Positions 1 through 7,224 of a DNA stretch of 10,638 nucleotides are shown piece after piece. Source of the DNA: Coleofasciculus chthonoplastes F2-STO-03 (GTDB lineage Bacteria; Cyanobacteriota; Cyanobacteriia; Cyanobacteriales; Coleofasciculaceae). The translations under genes and the position numbers were made by a program. Positions within the stretch are counted from its first letter, which is position 1; each line of letters begins with the position of its first letter. The stretch is taken from positions 1-10,638 of the forward strand of contig JAVJWO010000098.1 in the NCBI GenBank assembly GCA_040222015.1. Direction: 5' to 3'. Under the pieces are notes generated by a model. That model saw only the letters and a list, made by a program, of their open reading frames with translations, was not told the origin of the DNA and ran no database searches.

Positions 1-163
1 TTCACTGATTGCTTAACTGAACTCGACAGAGCCTGATACTGGCGTTCATATCAAGGTGTCGTGACCCGTCTAACGTAGACTACGGTGAGTCTCAGTCTGC
101 ACGTTCCGACGCAAGTCCAGATATGCTTAGGTGTGCATAGTCCTGTATAGGTTTTTCGGAACG
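1..163 (-). ncRNA. HEARO/omegaRNA-like scaffold of an IscB/IsrB (IS200/IS605 OMEGA) element, 5' part; continues beyond the left edge
   Basis: The minus strand reads CAGACTGAG(99-91)-hairpin AGACT/AGTCT(77-92)-CTACGTT(78-72)-GTCACGACACC-TTGATATG-AAC-GCCAGT(43-38)-ATCAG-GCTCTGTCG(32-24)-TTAAGCA. This matches the motif order I recall for IscB-associated RNAs. Stems seen: 24-28/57-61, 34-38/49-53, 102-109/156-163. The 5' boundary is uncertain (about 139 or 163). No iscB ORF is inside the window. Confidence 0.7.
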
Positions 164-479
164 GTAAGTTCCAACCGTTGAAGTGACATACTCCAGACAG
201 CGATACAAGTATACGCTGCTGGCTTCTCCCACCTACTACATCTATAATGATCTCTATTTCTAGAGCGTAGGATTCGAGCTTTTTATAGTGAGTAAATTTA
301 TAAGCTATCACCAACAACCTAAATAGGGGAAAGGTCGCCCGAGGAATGGCTTGATCCGCCCGTTGACTCCAAGCCAGGTCTGTTGGCATGGAATGGTGCA
401 GAAGTTAACAAAATGTTGGAAATCTTAAGAAAATTTGTATCCTAGAAGGATATAGCACTTTAATTTTTATAACGCATCG

Positions 480-2786
480 GTGCAAGAAGACTTCCGACTG
501 ATTATCGACTTCGTATCTGTTCTGGCGTCAGCAGCGGCTGGCGGACTCTTGGCATCCTCATGCCGTCAACCCCCGCTCTTGGGCTATATCGTCGGGGGTA
601 TGATTGTGGGTCCGGCGGGTTTGGGTCTAATTAAAGAGGTGATCCAAATTGAAACCCTGGCTCAGTTTGGGGTGGCATTTTTGCTCTTTGCCCTAGGGGT
701 GGAGTTTTCCCTGGCGGAACTGAAAAAAGTGCAAAAGATTGCCTTAGGTGGTGGTGGACTCCAGATCGTCCTGACTATCTTAGTCACCACATTAGTTTCT
801 CTGGGCATGGGTTGGGTCACGTCTCCCGCCCAAGGTGTGTTTTTGGGAGGAATTTTGTCGTTGTCATCCACGGCGGTGGTTCTCAAATGCTTGATGGAAC
901 GCAACGAAACCGAAACCCCCCACGGGCAAATCATGCTAGGGATTTTGGTGGTGCAAGATTTGGCATTGGGGTTAATGTTAGCAGTACTCCCGGCTTTAGA
1001 CCAACCCACTGAAGTGATTGGTATAGCCGTGGGACTTGCCCTATTGAAAATTGGTCTATTTGCGGCGGGTGCTATTGCTGTAGGGATATGGTTAATTCCG
1101 TCGTTATTACGATTTCTTGCCCGTACTGAAAGCCGAGAGTTATTTTTACTCGGGGTTGTGGGTTTATGTATGGGAATTGCCCTGTTGACGGAAGAGTTGG
1201 GACTTTCGATTGAAATGGGGGCGTTTGTGGCGGGGTTAATGATTTCCGAGGTGGAATATGCCGATCAAACCCTGACCTACGTCGAACCCCTGCGGGATGT
1301 CTTTGCTGCCCTATTTTTTGCCGCGATTGGGATGCTAATCGATCCGATTTTTCTGTGGACTAACCTGGAATTAATTTTGGGATTGGTTTTCCTAGTTTCG
1401 GTGGGTAAAGTTTTAATTATAACACCAATTGTAAAGCTATTTGGCTATCCCTTAAAAACAGCAATTCTGGCAGGTCTGGGGTTAGCTCAAATTGGGGAAT
1501 TTTCGTTTGTGTTAGCCAGTGAAGGACAAACTTTGGGATTGGTTTCTCGCCCGGTTTATCTGTTAATTTTAGGAACAACGGCGGTGACGTTAATTGTGAC
1601 ACCGTTTCTCTTACGATTAACACCTTTGGCATTGAACTGGTTAGAGAATTTTCCGCCCTTAAAACGGTATTTTGAACCGATGGAAACTCCGAAAGCTGTA
1701 TCACTTAATAGCCAACAGCTAAAAGACCATGTGGTGATTTGTGGGTATGGAAACAGTGGTAGCAATTTAGTGCGACTGATGCGAGAGCATAATTATCCTA
1801 TCGTAGTGGTTGAGCAGTCAGAGCAGGTAATTGGGCAATTAAGAGATGCGGGAATTCCTTATGTTTACGGCAATGCGGCGAGTTTACACGTTTTGGATAA
1901 AGCTGGGGTAGAACGCGCCAGATCGATGGTAATTGTCTTGGCTGACGCCATGAGTAGTCGGCTATGTTTGAAGCGATCGCTAGAATTAAACCCTAATTTA
2001 GATATCGTCGTGCGGGCGAATAAGGATCGGGAGATCGAACTGCTGTATCAACTGGGGGCGCGAGAGGTGGTGCAACCGGAGTTTGAGGCGTCTTTGGAGT
2101 TAGCGACGCATTTGATGTCAGGAATTGGTATACCCGATTGGATGATTCAGCAGGAAATGGAAAAAATTCGCAGTTCCCATTATCTGGATTTGCGCCCCGA
2201 ACAACCTCAGTCTCAAATTGCCCGCGATTTACGGACGGCGGCTGAGATGATGAATAGTAAGTGGTATGATTTGCCAGAGAATTCTCCACTGACGGGTATG
2301 ACGTTAGAAGAAGCTGATATTCGCCGCTTAACTGGGGTTAGTTTGGTGGCTATTCGTCGGGCTGAGGGTGAGGAAATCGATTATCCCGATGCTGGGGTGA
2401 GTTTGGAGGAAGGTGATCACCTTTTAGCGGTGGGTGAACCCGATGAACTGTCTGCCTTTAAGAAATTGGCAGAGGGGGAAATGACAAATCCTGCCACCAG
2501 CAGTCCCTGTCAATGGGTGTTGGTATCCGAAGAGAGTCCCGCCCATGGGCAAACCCTATCTCAACTCCATTGGCGGCGTCAATATGGGATTCAAGTACAG
2601 GCAATTCGTAGAGAAGGGAAGTTTATCCCCTTTCCCGATGGCAATGCCGAAATTCGAGAGCAAGATCATCTACTATTGTGTGGCGGAAGTTATCCCCTGA
2701 ATCAATTACAGGAGTGGTTAACGCCACTCCCTGATAGTAGTATCACCGATGTTCCGCTTCATCAAACTCTGACAAATGACAAATGA
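480..2786 (+). CDS. CPA2-family cation:proton antiporter (KefB/KefC-like) with TrkA_N (RCK_N) and two TrkA_C domains
   Basis: 768-aa ORF with a GTG start. About 390 aa of hydrophobic TM region with CPA2 motifs (LLFALGVEFS, LSSTAVV, VVQD, LAQIGEFSFVL), a Rossmann motif VVICGYGNSG, and two C-terminal RCK_C-like repeats (SPLTGMTL..AIRR; SPAHGQTL..AIRR). Confidence 0.95.
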   Translation: MQEDFRLIIDFVSVLASAAAGGLLASSCRQPPLLGYIVGGMIVGPAGLGLIKEVIQIETLAQFGVAFLLFALGVEFSLAELKKVQKIALGGGGLQIVLTILVTTLVSLGMGWVTSPAQGVFLGGILSLSSTAVVLKCLMERNETETPHGQIMLGILVVQDLALGLMLAVLPALDQPTEVIGIAVGLALLKIGLFAAGAIAVGIWLIPSLLRFLARTESRELFLLGVVGLCMGIALLTEELGLSIEMGAFVAGLMISEVEYADQTLTYVEPLRDVFAALFFAAIGMLIDPIFLWTNLELILGLVFLVSVGKVLIITPIVKLFGYPLKTAILAGLGLAQIGEFSFVLASEGQTLGLVSRPVYLLILGTTAVTLIVTPFLLRLTPLALNWLENFPPLKRYFEPMETPKAVSLNSQQLKDHVVICGYGNSGSNLVRLMREHNYPIVVVEQSEQVIGQLRDAGIPYVYGNAASLHVLDKAGVERARSMVIVLADAMSSRLCLKRSLELNPNLDIVVRANKDREIELLYQLGAREVVQPEFEASLELATHLMSGIGIPDWMIQQEMEKIRSSHYLDLRPEQPQSQIARDLRTAAEMMNSKWYDLPENSPLTGMTLEEADIRRLTGVSLVAIRRAEGEEIDYPDAGVSLEEGDHLLAVGEPDELSAFKKLAEGEMTNPATSSPCQWVLVSEESPAHGQTLSQLHWRRQYGIQVQAIRREGKFIPFPDGNAEIREQDHLLLCGGSYPLNQLQEWLTPLPDSSITDVPLHQTLTNDK

Positions 2787-2787
2787 C
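2770..2787. repeat. STRR2-type heptamer repeat (TGACAAA x2.5) supplying the antiporter stop codon
   Basis: tgacaaa tgacaaa tgac at 2770-2787; the stop TGA at 2784-2786 is inside the repeat. Confidence 0.75.
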
Positions 2788-2798
2788 CTAACTTTTTC

Positions 2799-2869
2799 AA
2801 CCTGAGTCGGGGCGGGTTTAGTCACATCTGGATGCAACCGAAAAGATAGTCGTGAAACCCGCCCCTACA
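2799..2869 (-). repeat. 71-bp GTAG-footed REP/MITE-like element (family A, copy 1)
   Basis: Arms GGGGCGGGTTT (2809-2819) and AAACCCGCCCC-TAC (2855-2868). Its reverse complement matches 4297-4367 at 64/71 nt. Confidence 0.9.
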
Positions 2870-2910
2870 GAGGCATCACATACCGTGAAAAGTTAGAACA
2901 AAGGACGAAT

Positions 2911-2934
2911 GACATAAGACATAAGACATAAGAC
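2911..2934. repeat. Heptamer tandem repeat GACATAA x3.4 (STRR-like)
   Basis: gacataa at 2911, 2918 and 2925 plus gac, immediately 3' of the hfq stop. Confidence 0.85.
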
Positions 2935-2937
2935 TGA

Positions 2938-3282
2938 TTATGCAAATTCAAAGGGATTATCGGAACTCTCCTCTGTTTCTGAACTTTCTACGGTTTCATA
3001 ACTCTCGGCTGTTTCAGAACTCGCCACGGCAGACTCTTGGCGTACTTGGAGGGATCGATTCATGCCACCGCCTCCTTTGGGTTTAATATAGGCGATCGCG
3101 TGATACCAAATAATAATCGGCTGCTCCTGTTCATCTAGAATACATAAGCAGGATGTGTCTTGCCAGCGCACTCTGCCTGTAAAGATTTCATTGGTGATGA
3201 GTTTCAGTTCAACCTCTTGGGCTTCTCGAATCAAGCTTTGTAGTTGACGAACACTGGGTAGATTGGTGGACAATTCACTCAT
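2938..3282 (-). CDS. hfq: Cyanobacterial Hfq (Sm-like protein) with an extended acidic C-terminal tail, 114 aa
   Basis: LPSVRQLQ..VELKLIT...G.VRWQD..CLCI......IW..AIAYIKPK is the cyanobacterial Hfq pattern, and the gene is divergent from dapF as in other cyanobacteria. ATG at 3282 (MSEL) chosen over the longer ORF-track start. Confidence 0.88.
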   Translation of the reverse strand: MSELSTNLPSVRQLQSLIREAQEVELKLITNEIFTGRVRWQDTSCLCILDEQEQPIIIWYHAIAYIKPKGGGGMNRSLQVRQESAVASSETAESYETVESSETEESSDNPFEFA

Positions 3283-3309
3283 AATTAGATGGTTAAGCGG
3301 GAGACAATA

Positions 3310-4155
3310 ATGGAATTTGAATTTACAAAGTACCACGGTTTGGGGAATGACTTCATTCTGATTGATAATCGGTCAAAGTCAGCCCCGCTAATCACTTCAG
3401 AGCAAGCCGTGCAATGGTGCGATCGCAATTTTGGCATCGGTGCTGATGGGGTGATTTTTGCCCTACCTGGACTTGAGGGTACTGACTATAGTATGCGGAT
3501 TTTCAACGCCGATGGCTCGGAACCGGAAATGTGTGGTAACGGGATTCGCTGTTTGGCGAAGTTTCTAGCCGATTTACAGGGAGTCACGGGTTCAACGGAG
3601 TATCAGATTCATACCTTAGCTGGGGTAATTACGCCGACACTGGAAGGCAATGGCAAAGTTAGGGTGAATATGGGTATGCCTCAGCTTTTGGCATCTCAAA
3701 TCCCGACAACCTTGGTTCAAGGGGATCAAAAGGTGATTGATGTTCCTTTAGAGGTTGGGGGGAACGTTTGGCAGGTCACTTGTGTGAGCATGGGCAATCC
3801 TCACTGTATTACTTATGTGGAAGACGTGAGTGCCATTCCCCTAGAAAGTATTGGTCCTCAGTTCGAGCATCATTCCGCCTTCCCGAAACGGACGAATACC
3901 GAATTTATTCAAGTGGTGCGCCCCGATTATATCAAAATGCGGGTATGGGAACGGGGGGCTGGAGCTACTTTAGCTTGTGGTACGGGGGCTTGTGCTTCGG
4001 TGGTTGCCGGGGTATTGACGGGAAAATGCGATCGCATCTGTACAGTGGAACTACCTGGGGGCTGTTTGGACATTGAATGGTCCGAGATTGATCAACGAAT
4101 TTACATGACTGGACCAGCGCAGCGAGTGTTTACAGGTAGCTTTAGACAGGGATAA
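3310..4155 (+). CDS. dapF: Diaminopimelate epimerase, 281 aa
   Basis: [12 protein letters not shown]-terminus, catalytic Cys motifs EPEMCGNG and [24 protein letters not shown] at 3310 chosen. Confidence 0.98.
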   Translation: MEFEFTKYHGLGNDFILIDNRSKSAPLITSEQAVQWCDRNFGIGADGVIFALPGLEGTDYSMRIFNADGSEPEMCGNGIRCLAKFLADLQGVTGSTEYQIHTLAGVITPTLEGNGKVRVNMGMPQLLASQIPTTLVQGDQKVIDVPLEVGGNVWQVTCVSMGNPHCITYVEDVSAIPLESIGPQFEHHSAFPKRTNTEFIQVVRPDYIKMRVWERGAGATLACGTGACASVVAGVLTGKCDRICTVELPGGCLDIEWSEIDQRIYMTGPAQRVFTGSFRQG

Positions 4156-4168
4156 CCTGCGTCCCATT

Positions 4169-4190
4169 GGTGTCAACTTAAGTTGACGCC
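4169..4190. repeat. Palindrome GGTGTCAACTTAAGTTGACGCC (possible collapsed MITE ends or dapF 3' hairpin)
   Basis: Perfect 16-bp palindrome at 4172-4187, extending to 22 bp with one G-T pair. Confidence 0.7.
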
Positions 4191-4196
4191 GGAGTA

Positions 4197-4222
4197 GTAG
4201 AGACGTAAGGCGTGGAACGTCT
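4197..4222 (+). repeat. Degenerate GTAG-footed REP-like hairpin (GTAG-AGACGT...ACGTCT)
   Basis: GTAG at 4197-4200 directly followed by a 6-bp inverted repeat, 4201-4206/4217-4222. Confidence 0.6.
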
Positions 4223-4243
4223 GGGACTCAGGCTAGATATACC

Positions 4244-4264
4244 GTAGGGTGGGCAATGCCCACC
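4244..4264 (+). repeat. GTAG-footed REP-like hairpin (GTAG-GGTGGGCA-A-TGCCCACC)
   Basis: GTAG at 4244-4247, then a perfect 8-bp inverted repeat at 4248-4255/4257-4264; classic REP architecture. Confidence 0.8.
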
Positions 4265-4296
4265 ACCACACCAGTCAATACCGTTCATATTAAGTG

Positions 4297-4367
4297 TGTA
4301 GGGGCGGGTTTCACAACTATCATTGCGGTTGCACCCAGATGTCACTAAACCAGCCCCGACTCAAGTT
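4297..4367 (+). repeat. 71-bp GTAG-footed REP/MITE-like element (family A, copy 2)
   Basis: TGTAGGGGCGGGTTT...AAACCAGCCCCGAC; inverted copy of 2799-2869 with 7 mismatches. Confidence 0.9.
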
Positions 4368-4388
4368 TCTAGACTTCCCAGATGTTAA

Positions 4389-4453
4389 CTCTAAGCCTCG
4401 TGAATGACGCTCTGTGCCTCATTAACAACGCTCTGAGCCTCGTGAATAACGCT
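4389..4453. repeat. 21-bp imperfect tandem repeat x3
   Basis: ctctaagcctcgtgaatgacg / ctctgtgcctcattaacaacg / ctctgagcctcgtgaataacg at 4389, 4410 and 4431, followed by a GGGTGTG-type heptamer run. Confidence 0.85.
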
Positions 4454-4501
4454 GGGTGTGGGGTGTGGGGAAACACAAGGAGGTTGACTCTTCAAGCCAT
4501 G

Positions 4502-4532
4502 TGTAGGGACACGATAATATCGTGTCCCTACA
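4502..4532. repeat. Perfect 31-bp GTAG...CTAC palindrome (REP-like)
   Basis: TGTAGGGACACGATA-A-TATCGTGTCCCTACA, with 15-bp perfect arms. Confidence 0.9.
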
Positions 4533-4712
4533 ATATATAGCAACCGCCAAGATAGCGTGTTACAAAATTTATAACTTAAACCCTAGCGACTTAAGGTAAA
4601 ATTCGCCACAGCAACTTGACAGTTTGATTGTCGGCGATGCCAGTGTTTCTGGCGAAGACAGCGCAACGACCAACCGAGTTTAAGTCAATAACGCTCAGTA
4701 TCACTTGAAGCG

Positions 4713-5182
4713 ATGAAAGTTAATCGATTCCTGCGTGTATTTACCCTAATTGTTGTTGTCCTCACCGAACTGGGACAAATTGGCACTCAGTTTGATGGTT
4801 TAGGTCATATTGGCGTGCAAACATCTCAGGGTAACTCAAAGATTGGGATAGCTTGAGCGAGGAACAAAAGGCGGAAAATCGCCGTATTTTTAACGCGGGT
4901 GAACCGGGACCAGGGATTACCGCTTGTCGTTATCTGTCTCAGCAGAAAGTGGCGATGGTTGGTTCAGATACCTGGGGAACAGAAGCGGTTCCTGGAGAAG
5001 ATACCAACCGTCCTTTTGATTGTCATATTGAATGGATGGTCAAACATGGAATTACTAATATAGAAAATTTAGATGTGAGTCGTTTATTAGAGGATAAAGT
5101 CTATGAGTTTTTATTTGTTTTTGCACCGCTAAAGATAAAGGGCGGAACGGGTTCACCAGGGAATCCAGTGGCGATTTATTAG
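4713..5182 (+). pseudogene. Cyclase-family (kynurenine formamidase-like metal hydrolase) pseudogene with internal deletions and a frameshift
   Basis: Frame 1 (4713-4856) gives MKVNRFLRVFTLIVVVLTELGQIGTQFDGLGHIG, a signal-like start fused straight onto the QxGTQxDxLxH variant of the cyclase HxGTHxDxPxH motif. A different frame (4835-5182) gives the C-terminal part with EPGPG, VGSDTWG.E, H...G...IENL and PLKIKGGTGSPGNPVA. Confidence 0.8.
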
Positions 5183-5200
5183 TGTAGAGATGTAGAAATT

Positions 5201-5268
5201 GTTTGTAGTAAGCACAAAGGGTACTATAACGCCTAGCTAGAGAGGGCTAAAGTTCCCTCACTACGAAC
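5201..5268. repeat. Degenerate REP doublet (REPIN-like), GTTTGTAGT...ACTACGAAC
   Basis: Outer inverted repeat 5201-5209/5260-5268 carrying GTAG/CTAC, with inner hairpin GAGGG...CCCTC (5242-5259). Confidence 0.55.
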
Positions 5269-5354
5269 CAATTCTAATCCATTAATTAAGGTGTACCACG
5301 CCAGTAGGTTGAATCTAGAGCTAAGGTTCTCTGACTATAAGCGCAATTACAACT

Positions 5355-6359
5355 ATGACTGTTCTTTGCTCTCAATTACAGCAGCGATTAGCGACTCCTC
5401 TGAAAATTGGTTCGTTTGAAGTTAAGAGTCGCGTTCTCCAGTCTCCTCTGTCTGGTGTTACGGATTTGGTATTCCGTCGTCTGGTGCGCCGCTATGCGCC
5501 AGAGTCGATGATGTATACGGAAATGGTACATGCAGCCGGATTGCATCATGTCCAGGGTTTATCCAAAATCATGGATGTTGATCCGAATGAAAAGCCAATC
5601 AGTATCCAGTTATTTGACTGTCGCCCCGATTTCCTGGGAGAAGCCGCCCAAAAAGCGGTAGCAGAAGGTGCGGATACGGTGGATATTAATATGGGATGTC
5701 CGGTGAATAAAATTACCAAAAAGGGAGGGGGTTCATCGTTACTGCGAGAACCGGAAACGGCGGTGGCGATTGTCCGGGCAGTGGTAGAGGCGGTATCTGT
5801 TCCGGTTACGGTGAAGACGCGAATTGGCTGGAATGATGACGAGATTAATATCCTCGATTTTGCCCAGCGGATGGAGGAGGCGGGGGCGCAAATGCTAACC
5901 TTACACGCCCGTACCCGCGCCCAGGGGTATAAGGGTGAGGCGAAGTGGGAGTGGATTGGTAAGGTGAAGCAGGTTCTGTCGATTCCAGTTATCGCCAATG
6001 GCGATATTTTTTCAGTCGAGTCAGCGGTGAGATGCTTGGAACAGACGGGGGCGGATGGGGTGATGTGTTCGCGAGGAACGTTGGGATATCCGTTTCTGGT
6101 GGGAGAAATTGACCATTTTCTGAAAACGGCGAAACGGTTAGCACCACCGACAACAGTGGAACGGCTAACCTGTGCCAAGGAACACTTACAAGCTTTATGG
6201 GAGTATAAAGGAGATCGCGGCGTTCAGCAAGCCAGAAAACATTTGGCGTGGTATACTAAGGGTTTTGTGGGAGCCAGCGACTTGCGAGATCAGCTTAGTC
6301 GCATTGATACTGTGGAACAGGGGGTGACGTTGATTGACAGTGCGATCGCGAAGTTGTAA
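5355..6359 (+). CDS. dusB: tRNA-dihydrouridine synthase B
   Basis: QSPLSGVTD..FRR, DINMGCP (catalytic Cys), VTVKTRIGW, LHARTR, IANGDI, GADGVMCSRG; 334 aa. Confidence 0.95.
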   Translation: MTVLCSQLQQRLATPLKIGSFEVKSRVLQSPLSGVTDLVFRRLVRRYAPESMMYTEMVHAAGLHHVQGLSKIMDVDPNEKPISIQLFDCRPDFLGEAAQKAVAEGADTVDINMGCPVNKITKKGGGSSLLREPETAVAIVRAVVEAVSVPVTVKTRIGWNDDEINILDFAQRMEEAGAQMLTLHARTRAQGYKGEAKWEWIGKVKQVLSIPVIANGDIFSVESAVRCLEQTGADGVMCSRGTLGYPFLVGEIDHFLKTAKRLAPPTTVERLTCAKEHLQALWEYKGDRGVQQARKHLAWYTKGFVGASDLRDQLSRIDTVEQGVTLIDSAIAKL

Positions 6360-6388
6360 TCTGGGCATGATGGAAAGCCAGGTTCAGT

Positions 6389-6420
6389 CCTGTCTCACCG
6401 GATAAGGGGACAGGCTTGTT
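6389..6420 (+). terminator. Possible dusB terminator hairpin
   Basis: CCTGTCTC (6389-6396) / GGGACAGG (6407-6414) followed by cttgtt; the U-tract is weak. Confidence 0.35.
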
Positions 6421-6560
6421 CCCTTAGAAATTAATCGTTACTATGGCAACAGTCATTAAAATATTTCAGATAAATGTGTCCAACGATGCCATTGATGGGC
6501 AAATAAAGTAATGCAAAACCAAACGTAAAATAGAGATGTATCGGTATGGTTAAGCAACAC

Positions 6561-6820
6561 TAGCTGTTCCCCGTACAAGTGGGGCAGACGGGGTGCAAAC
6601 CTAACGATAAAAGCCGTAAAGGGAAAGACTACGAGTACCTTGAAAGCATCTCTGATCGCCCATTTAAGGGATTCAGAAGCTTAGGCTTACCCGAAGCTAG
6701 AAGCGTTAGGTGTTTGCTCTACTTTCATGAGTGAAGCCGTCTCAGTTACTTTTAAATTACTGTTTGGTACAGGGAGTGTAATCTAAGGGCAGTTACGATT
6801 GATCAGTATCGCTGCTGGTC
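6561..6820 (+). ncRNA. Candidate structured RNA or long 5' leader upstream of rpsU (unidentified)
   Basis: Nested stems 6561-6566/6790-6795, 6567-6576/6767-6776, 6586-6591/6737-6742 and 6595-6606/6704-6717, with inner hairpins at about 6619-6641, 6651-6677 and 6678-6698 and a hairpin at 6801-6820. A -10-like TATGGT lies at 6545-6550. Confidence 0.45.
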
Positions 6821-6902
6821 TAAATACGCTAATTTTGTTAGAGATCGAGTTGGATGACTATGATCATCTATTACTTGTTGTACGCTAGAAGGAGGATATA
6901 GT

Positions 6903-7082
6903 ATGACCCAAGTGGTTGTAGGCGAAAATGAAGGAATTGAGTCAGCGCTGCGCCGATTTAAGCGGCAAGTGTCCAAAGCCGGAATTTTTGCAGATATGAA
7001 GCGCTTGCGTCACTTTGAGACGCCGATTGAGAAGAAAAAGCGCAAAGCAGTAGCTAGACGACGTAAGCGGCGAGTCCGCTAA
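6903..7082 (+). CDS. rpsU: 30S ribosomal protein S21, 59 aa (absent from the ORF track)
   Basis: [59 protein letters not shown]; Shine-Dalgarno AGGAGG at 6890-6895. Confidence 0.97.
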   Translation: MTQVVVGENEGIESALRRFKRQVSKAGIFADMKRLRHFETPIEKKKRKAVARRRKRRVR

Positions 7083-7168
7083 GCAATTTCTCAATACCTT
7101 TTCATCCAAATAGACATTCCAATTGGGATGTCGTGTGGTATATTCGCAAAAACCACAGGAATAGTGTG

Positions 7169-7196
7169 TCAGCCGCCAGTTAGTCCTGACGGCTGA
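7169..7196 (-). terminator. Hairpin between convergent rpsU and hemH (probable hemH 3' terminator or stabiliser)
   Basis: On the minus strand TCAGCCGTCAG-GACTAA-CTGGCGGCTGA forms an 11-bp stem with one G-U, about 30 nt after the hemH stop. Confidence 0.6.
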
Positions 7197-7224
7197 TTGA
7201 AGTATTTTATTCCTTATCTCTGTT

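Noticed and set aside
127..189. 20-codon minus-strand ORF MSLQRLELTVPKNLYRTMHT
   Set aside because: GGAG is only 1 nt from the ATG and I recognise no homologue; it could be a truncated host N-terminus but cannot be supported.
51..389. 112-aa minus-strand ORF
   Set aside because: No recognisable motifs, and it overlaps the structured RNA-like region; probably spurious.
4825..4860. Programmed frameshift restoring the cyclase
   Set aside because: No slippery heptamer, and the joined product would still appear too short for the fold.
6561..6795. Identification as 6S RNA or a group II intron fragment
   Set aside because: Size and closing stem are 6S-like and AAGGGAAAGACT recalls group II domain I, but the fold is multibranched and I see no GTGCG start or domain V; left unidentified.
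6806..6818. Similarity of GTATCGCTGCTGG to 209-222 (GTATACGCTGCTGG) as a guide-target or shared motif
   Set aside because: Only about 13 nt with an indel and outside the predicted guide positions; compatible with chance.
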